Shown here: positions 58,166 through 64,000 of the stretch, one piece after another | Layout of the letters: every line of letters starts with the position of its first letter | Numbering within the stretch: position 1 is the first letter of the stretch | NCBI GenBank assembly: GCA_965207475.1 | Contig: OZ242278.1 | Location: 551,127 to 615,126 of the forward strand | Length of the DNA stretch: 64,000 bases | From: Gammaproteobacteria bacterium | Lineage (GTDB): Bacteria; Pseudomonadota; Gammaproteobacteria; UBA4575 | Direction: 5' to 3' | Made by a program: the position numbers and the translations under genes | Notes under the pieces: generated by a model | Told to the model about the DNA's origin: nothing | Database searches by the model: none | Seen by the model: only the letters and a program-made list of their open reading frames with translations

Positions 58166-58870
58166 TCAGCCTTTATCCCCACCGGATTCACCTGCAGTCT
58201 CCTCTTCCCTCTCCTGCGCCGGCATGTTGACCTCACCGGCATCCACTGGACGCACCACCACATCCCCACCGGGAGCTCCCGGCACGGAACCCTTGACCAG
58301 AAGCAGGTCCTGGCCCGCATCGACCTGAACGACTTTCAGGTTCTTCGTCGTGACCCGGACACCGCCCATCTGACCCGCCATCTTCTTTCCCCTGAATACA
58401 TGACCCGGGTCCTGGCACTGCCCGGTTGAACCGGGCGCGCGGTGGGATATGGAGTTCCCATGCGTGGCATCCTGCATTCTGAAATTGTGACGCTTGACCG
58501 TGCCGGCAAAACCCTTGCCTTTCGACACTCCCGTCACGGAAACCTTCTGGCCAACTGAAAAAATGCTGACATCCAGTTCGGAACCCACGACCAAGGCTTC
58601 AAGCTGTTTCTTCTCGGGCCTGAACTCATGCAGCCCCTTCCCCGCCCGGACACCCGTCTTGGCAAAGTGGCCGGACATTGGCTTGTTGATATGCGAAGCC
58701 TTTCTGTCGCCGTACGTCACCTGTACTGCGCCATAGCCGTCAACCTCCTGCTGGCGAAGCAGCGTGACACGGTTGCTGGGCATATGCAAAACCGTCACGG
58801 GCACGGATTCACCCGTGTCCATGAATATGCGAGTCATGCCAACTTTTGTCCCAACAAGTCCCAGCGCCAT
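58166..58870 (-). CDS. rplC: 50S ribosomal protein L3
   Basis: [16 protein letters not shown] canonical L3; ~234 aa, with an acidic C-terminal extension (…[15 protein letters not shown]) relative to the ~209-aa E. coli L3. Confidence 0.95.
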   Translation of the reverse strand: MALGLVGTKVGMTRIFMDTGESVPVTVLHMPSNRVTLLRQQEVDGYGAVQVTYGDRKASHINKPMSGHFAKTGVRAGKGLHEFRPEKKQLEALVVGSELDVSIFSVGQKVSVTGVSKGKGFAGTVKRHNFRMQDATHGNSISHRAPGSTGQCQDPGHVFRGKKMAGQMGGVRVTTKNLKVVQVDAGQDLLLVKGSVPGAPGGDVVVRPVDAGEVNMPAQEREEETAGESGGDKG

Positions 58871-58923
58871 AATTGTGTTACGTCCGATCCAGATTGAACT
58901 GGAGTTTCATCTCCCCGTACACT

Positions 58924-58957
58924 GCGACCCGTCATGGGTGTCCCCATGACGGGTCGC
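58924..58957 (-). other. perfect 15-bp stem / 4-nt loop hairpin inside the 195-nt rpsJ-rplC spacer
   Basis: GCGACCCGTCATGGG-tgtc-CCCATGACGGGTCGC read directly from the sequence. No U-tract follows on the transcribed strand, so it is not a classic intrinsic terminator. Confidence 0.6.
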
Positions 58958-59065
58958 ATAAAACTCCACATTATCCCAAATTTGAGTATTTCAGGAAAGC
59001 ATTATCTTTAAACCCCGTCACCTTGCATAAGGAAAGCAGCTTCCTGAACGGATTGACCCGGGAAC

Positions 59066-59380
59066 TCAGCTCAGCTTGATCTGGACATCCACACCCGCCG
59101 CGAGGTCCAGCTTCATCAGGGCATCCACAGTTTTATCGGTGGGTTCGACGATGTCCATGATGCGCTTGTGTGTGCGAATCTCGTACTGATCGCGCGCATT
59201 CTTGTCCACGTGGGGAGAGATCAGCACGGTAAACCGTTCCTTTTTGGTAGGCAACGGAATCGGGCCCTTGACCCTGGCGCCTGTCCGCTTGGCCGTTTCC
59301 ACGATCTCGCTGGCAGAACGATCAATCAGGCGGTGATCGAATGCCTTGAGGCGGATACGTATTGTCTGTCCCGTAGCCAT
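59066..59380 (-). CDS. rpsJ: 30S ribosomal protein S10
   Basis: [29 protein letters not shown] canonical S10. Confidence 0.97.
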   Translation of the reverse strand: MATGQTIRIRLKAFDHRLIDRSASEIVETAKRTGARVKGPIPLPTKKERFTVLISPHVDKNARDQYEIRTHKRIMDIVEPTDKTVDALMKLDLAAGVDVQIKLS

Positions 59381-59414
59381 CTTTGAGTATCACGGATCAG
59401 GCTGGTGCTACCTG

Positions 59415-60605
59415 TCATTCAATGATGTTGGACACTTTGCCTGCACCGACCGTACGCCCGCCTTCCCGGATCGCGAAACGCAACCCTTTTTCCATGGCGA
59501 TCGGGGCAATCAAGGAAACCATCATGTGCACATTGTCTCCCGGCATTACCATTTCCGTGCCACTGGGAAGGTCGACCGCACCGGTAACATCCGTGGTGCG
59601 GAAGTAGAACTGGGGACGGTAGCCGTTGAAGAACGGGGTATGCCGCCCGCCTTCTTCCTTGCTGAGGATGTAAACCTCCGCCTCGAACTTCGTATGGGGG
59701 GTAATGCTGCCGGGCTTGCACAGTACCTGTCCGCGCTCCACCTCGTCCCGCTTGGTGCCGCGCAGCAGGACTCCGACATTGTCGCCTGCCTGGCCCTGAT
59801 CGAGCAGCTTGCGGAACATCTCCACACCCGTACAGGTGGTGATCGAGGTCTCGCGAATCCCCACAATCTCAATCTCGTCGCCGACCTTGACCACGCCACG
59901 CTCGACACGGCCCGTAACCACCGTTCCGCGTCCGGAAATCGAGAATACATCCTCAACAGGCATGATGAAGTCGCCGTCAATGGCCCGCTCGGGTTCCGGG
60001 ACAAAACTGTCCATCTCCTCGACGAGCTTGAGGATGGAGGGCACACCGATGTCAGAGCTGTCCCCTTCGAGCGCTTTCAATGCAGAACCTATGACGATCG
60101 GCGTATCATCGCCTGGAAACTCGTAGGTGGACAGGAGATCCCTGACTTCCATTTCGACCAGTTCCAGCAACTCGGGGTCATCGACCTGGTCGGCCTTGTT
60201 CATGTACACGAGGATATGGGGAACCCCTACCTGTCTTGCAAGCAGGATATGTTCACGGGTCTGGGGCATCGGACCGTCGGCGGCACTCACCACGAGTATC
60301 GCACCGTCCATCTGTGCAGCACCTGTGATCATGTTCTTGACATAGTCCGCATGGCCCGGACAGTCCACATGGGCATAGTGCCGGTTGACGCTCTCGTACT
60401 CGACATGGGCCGTAGCAATCGTGATACCCCGCTCACGCTCTTCCGGTGCATTGTCAATCTGGTCATAAGTCCTGTATTCACCTCCGTGTGATTCCCCCAT
60501 GACCTTTGTCAACGCCGCAGTCAAAGTAGTCTTGCCATGGTCCACGTGACCGATCGTCCCCACATTCACATGAGGTTTGGTACGCTGAAACTTCTCTTTG
60601 GACAT
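59415..60605 (-). CDS. tuf: elongation factor Tu
   Basis: [31 protein letters not shown] canonical EF-Tu start; the track ORF (to 60650) begins at an upstream TTG overlapping the fusA stop. Confidence 0.97.
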   Translation of the reverse strand: MSKEKFQRTKPHVNVGTIGHVDHGKTTLTAALTKVMGESHGGEYRTYDQIDNAPEERERGITIATAHVEYESVNRHYAHVDCPGHADYVKNMITGAAQMDGAILVVSAADGPMPQTREHILLARQVGVPHILVYMNKADQVDDPELLELVEMEVRDLLSTYEFPGDDTPIVIGSALKALEGDSSDIGVPSILKLVEEMDSFVPEPERAIDGDFIMPVEDVFSISGRGTVVTGRVERGVVKVGDEIEIVGIRETSITTCTGVEMFRKLLDQGQAGDNVGVLLRGTKRDEVERGQVLCKPGSITPHTKFEAEVYILSKEEGGRHTPFFNGYRPQFYFRTTDVTGAVDLPSGTEMVMPGDNVHMMVSLIAPIAMEKGLRFAIREGGRTVGAGKVSNIIE

Positions 60606-60646
60606 CTTCTCTACCTCGTAAAATATCTTGATTACAACGGCCGGGC

Positions 60647-62746
60647 TCAACCATTCTTCTTGATGATTGCGTCCGCCAAATTAGCAGGAACCTCTTTGTA
60701 TTTGTTAAATTCCATCGAATAAGTCGCCCGACCCTGTGTGGCAGACCGCAGGTCCGTGGCATACCCGAACATCTCCGCCAACGGGACCTCGGAAGCAACC
60801 ACCTTCCCGGAAGGGCTGTCCGTCATTCCTCCCACCATGCCGCGACGCCTGTTCAGGTCACCCACTACATCCCCCATGTGCTCCTCGGGGGTGACCACTT
60901 CAACTTTCATGATCGGTTCAAGCAATCTCGGATCGGCCAGCCTGGCCCCGTCCCGGAAAGCCATGGACCCGGCTATTTTAAATGCCATTTCGGAAGAATC
61001 CACGTCATGAAATGACCCATCATACAAGGTAACCTTGACGTCTACTACCGGATAACCCGCTATCACACCATTGTATACGGCCTCCTTGACCCCTTTTTCC
61101 ACGGCAGGAATATACTCTTTGGGCACCACCCCGCCCACGATCTCGCTTGCAAACTCGAAACCGTCACCCGGCTTGAGCGGCTCAATCCTCAGGTACACAT
61201 GCCCGTACTGGCCGCGCCCGCCCGACTGGCGGACGAACTTGCCTTCCTGCTTGACACTCTTGCAAATGGTCTCCCGGTAAGAGACCTGGGGCGCACCCAC
61301 GTTGGCCTCCACACTGAATTCGCGTTTCATGCGATCGACGATGATTTCCAGGTGCAGTTCACCCATGCCGGAAATGATCGTCTGGCCTGACTCATCGTCG
61401 GTGCGTACCTGAAACGAAGGGTCTTCCTGGGCCAGTTTCTGCAGGGCAATTCCCATTTTTTCCTGATCGGATTTCGTCTTCGGCTCCACCGCCACGGAAA
61501 TCACCGGATCGGGGAATTCCATGCGCTCCAGGGTGATTACATTGTCGAGGGCGCACAGGGTCTCACCGGTCGTGATGTCCTTCAAGCCGACCGCGGCCGC
61601 GATGTCCCCGGCCCGTACCTCCTTGATCTCTTCACGGGAATTGGAATGCATTTGCAGAATCCGGCCGATGCGTTCCTTCTTTCCCTTAACCGGGTTATAG
61701 ACGGTATCGCCCGAACTCAGCACGCCGGAATACACCCGGAAAAATGTGAGGGTCCCCACATACGGGTCGGTGGCAATCTTGAAGGCCAGCGATGCAAACG
61801 GATCATCATCCGAGGCGTGACGCTCTGCCTGGGAACTGTCCTTGTCATCCAGGATACCCTGGATTGAAGGCACATCGGTGGGTGAAGGCATGAACTCCAC
61901 GATGGCATCAAGCATGGCCTGCACACCCTTGTTCTTAAAGGCCGTACCGCAAAGGGTAGGCACGATTTCATTGGACAGGGTCCGTATGCGCAGTCCCTTG
62001 CGAATGTCTTCCTGTGACAGGGTGCCCGTTTCCAGGTACCGGTCCATGATTTCCTCTGAAGACTCGGCTGCCGCCTCAATCAGTTCGGCCCGCCATTTGT
62101 CGCATTCTTCCTGCATGTCCGCGGGAATCTCATCTTTCGCAAAGGTCGTCCCCATGTCATCTTCATTCCAGTAGATGGCCTTCATCTCGATCAGGTCCAC
62201 CACGCCTTTGAAGTTCTCCTCGGCACCGATTGCAAGCTGTATGGGCACTGCCTGGGAATTAAGCCTTTCCCTGATCTGGTTCACGACATACAGGAAATTC
62301 GCGCCGGTCCGGTCCATCTTGTTGACGAAGGCCATGCGCGGAACCTTGTACTTGTTGGCCTGGCGCCATACGGTTTCCGACTGGGGCTCGACGCCCCCCA
62401 CCGCACAAAACACGGCACAGGCCCCATCCAAGACACGCAGCGAACGCTCCACCTCGATCGTGAAGTCCACATGTCCCGGAGTATCTATGATGTTGATACG
62501 GTGCTCGTCGAACTGGTTGTCCATTCCATTCCAGAAACAGGTGGTTGCCGCGGAAGTAATGGTGATCCCCCGTTCCTGCTCCTGTTCCATCCAGTCCATC
62601 ACTGCCGCACCGTCATGCACCTCTCCAATCTTGTGAGAGATGCCGGTATAGAACAGTATGCGTTCCGTAGTCGTGGTCTTTCCGGCATCGATATGCGCCA
62701 TGATCCCGACATTACGGTAACGCGATATGGGTGTCTTGCGTGCCAC
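60647..62746 (-). CDS. fusA: elongation factor G
   Basis: [25 protein letters not shown]. The GTG start at ~62746 is preceded by AGGA; it gives ~700 aa and removes the track ORF's spurious 95-nt overlap with rpsG. Confidence 0.96.
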   Translation of the reverse strand: MARKTPISRYRNVGIMAHIDAGKTTTTERILFYTGISHKIGEVHDGAAVMDWMEQEQERGITITSAATTCFWNGMDNQFDEHRINIIDTPGHVDFTIEVERSLRVLDGACAVFCAVGGVEPQSETVWRQANKYKVPRMAFVNKMDRTGANFLYVVNQIRERLNSQAVPIQLAIGAEENFKGVVDLIEMKAIYWNEDDMGTTFAKDEIPADMQEECDKWRAELIEAAAESSEEIMDRYLETGTLSQEDIRKGLRIRTLSNEIVPTLCGTAFKNKGVQAMLDAIVEFMPSPTDVPSIQGILDDKDSSQAERHASDDDPFASLAFKIATDPYVGTLTFFRVYSGVLSSGDTVYNPVKGKKERIGRILQMHSNSREEIKEVRAGDIAAAVGLKDITTGETLCALDNVITLERMEFPDPVISVAVEPKTKSDQEKMGIALQKLAQEDPSFQVRTDDESGQTIISGMGELHLEIIVDRMKREFSVEANVGAPQVSYRETICKSVKQEGKFVRQSGGRGQYGHVYLRIEPLKPGDGFEFASEIVGGVVPKEYIPAVEKGVKEAVYNGVIAGYPVVDVKVTLYDGSFHDVDSSEMAFKIAGSMAFRDGARLADPRLLEPIMKVEVVTPEEHMGDVVGDLNRRRGMVGGMTDSPSGKVVASEVPLAEMFGYATDLRSATQGRATYSMEFNKYKEVPANLADAIIKKNG

Positions 62747-62768
62747 AGTCCGGATCCTGAACCTGAAA

Positions 62769-63245
<477 letters not shown>

Positions 63246-63267
63246 CTACTTCAAGGAATGCGGGGCA

Positions 63268-63642
63268 CTATGACTTGGGTTTCTTGGCACCGTATTTCGA
63301 CCGCGCCTGCATGCGGTCCTGCACGCCCTGGGTGTCCAGGCTGCCCCGGACGGTATGATACCGGACACCCGGCAGGTCCTTTACACGGCCTCCCCGAATC
63401 AGTACGACCGAGTGCTCCTGCAGGTTGTGCCCTTCACCGCCTATATAGCTGGTCACCTCGAACCCGTTGGTCAGGCGCACGCGCGCAACCTTGCGCAGTG
63501 CGGAATTCGGCTTCTTGGGAGTGGTCGTGTACACGCGCGTGCACACACCCCTTTTCTGGGGGCAACTGGCCAGCGCAGGCACACTGCTCTTTTCCACCTT
63601 GCGCTTGCGCGGTTTCCGGACCAACTGGTTGATTGTAGCCAT
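63268..63642 (-). CDS. rpsL: 30S ribosomal protein S12
   Basis: [24 protein letters not shown] canonical S12 start (track ORF to 63684). Confidence 0.97.
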   Translation of the reverse strand: MATINQLVRKPRKRKVEKSSVPALASCPQKRGVCTRVYTTTPKKPNSALRKVARVRLTNGFEVTSYIGGEGHNLQEHSVVLIRGGRVKDLPGVRYHTVRGSLDTQGVQDRMQARSKYGAKKPKS

Positions 63643-63668
63643 ATGTTTTCTATACCTGAAATAAACAA

Positions 63669-63691
63669 CAGGCCGATGGAACATCGGCCTG
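63669..63691 (-). terminator. candidate rpoC intrinsic terminator/attenuator hairpin
   Basis: CAGGCCGATG-gaa-CATCGGCCTG, a 10-bp perfect stem ~100 nt after the rpoC stop. On the transcribed (minus) strand it is followed by UUGUUUAUUU, which runs into the rpsL RBS. Confidence 0.55.
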
Positions 63692-63791
63692 CACTATAGC
63701 GGCGGAATTGTAGAAATCCATGGCCGTGCTGTCAAGCAGGAAGTCCGTAAACAGTGACTTTTCGGGAACGCATCATGCAGTCTTTCAACGG

Positions 63792-64000
63792 TCAGGCACC
63801 CGAGGCGACGCCGGTCGTCTCCGATTTGCTGTCCGCCGCTGAAAGTTCTTCCGTCATTGCACTTTCTACCATGTCCTCGGCCAGCACGTCGTCTCCTTCA
63901 GACTCATCGCCGGCCTCCTCATCGAACATGCTGCTGCGGCGCTCTTCGTGATAGGCCAGGCCGGTACCGGCCGGGATCAGGCGGCCCACGATCACATTTT
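63792..64000 (-). CDS. rpoC: DNA-directed RNA polymerase subunit beta', C-terminal end (gene continues beyond window end)
   Basis: [17 protein letters not shown] followed by an acidic tail is the conserved beta' C-terminus; the stop lies at ~63792, upstream of rpsL. Confidence 0.9.
   Translation of the reverse strand, partial: NVIVGRLIPAGTGLAYHEERRSSMFDEEAGDESEGDDVLAEDMVESAMTEELSAADSKSETTGVASGA

Overview
This 64-kb window is from a gammaproteobacterial chromosome at roughly 55-58% GC. About 56 kb of it is core housekeeping DNA whose gene order resembles E. coli and Pseudomonas, and almost all of it is on the minus strand.

In window order the core blocks are:
- ruvA(partial)-ruvC-yebC-[alpha/beta hydrolase]-nudB-aspS
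- fmdB-like zinc ribbon + acylphosphatase
- arsC(yfgD)-like and hda
- purM-purN-DUF3108 on the plus strand
- pmbA-tldD-CN hydrolase-yhdP-rng
- nadD-proA-holA
- lptE-leuS-manC-lnt-corC-ybeY-ybeZ-miaB
- ssb, divergent from uvrA
- a contiguous ribosomal block running rpoC(partial)-rpsL-rpsG-fusA-tuf, then S10, spc (with an unlisted rpmJ) and alpha operons through rplQ.

The only clearly accessory segment is a lower-GC (about 42-50%) glycan island of roughly 8 kb at about 33.1-40.9 kb, lying between miaB and ssb. It encodes pseudaminic-acid-type nonulosonic acid genes (pseB, pseC, pseI, pseF). The locus has no pseG or pseH, and the pseH position is taken by a formyltransferase-domain gene translationally coupled to pseI. 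The island also carries a KpsS/KpsC-like putative keto-sugar transferase and a Kdo/WaaP-family kinase. This is the most interesting candidate here, as a possibly N-formylated Pse glycan system.

I see no CRISPR array, tRNA, transposase, integrase or recognisable defence system.

Caveat on coordinates: I found off-by-one inconsistencies between the ORF track and the printed sequence in places (for example around tuf and fusA), so manually derived coordinates are plus or minus 1-3 nt. The track evidently calls GTG and TTG starts as M; several N-termini below were trimmed by homology reasoning.
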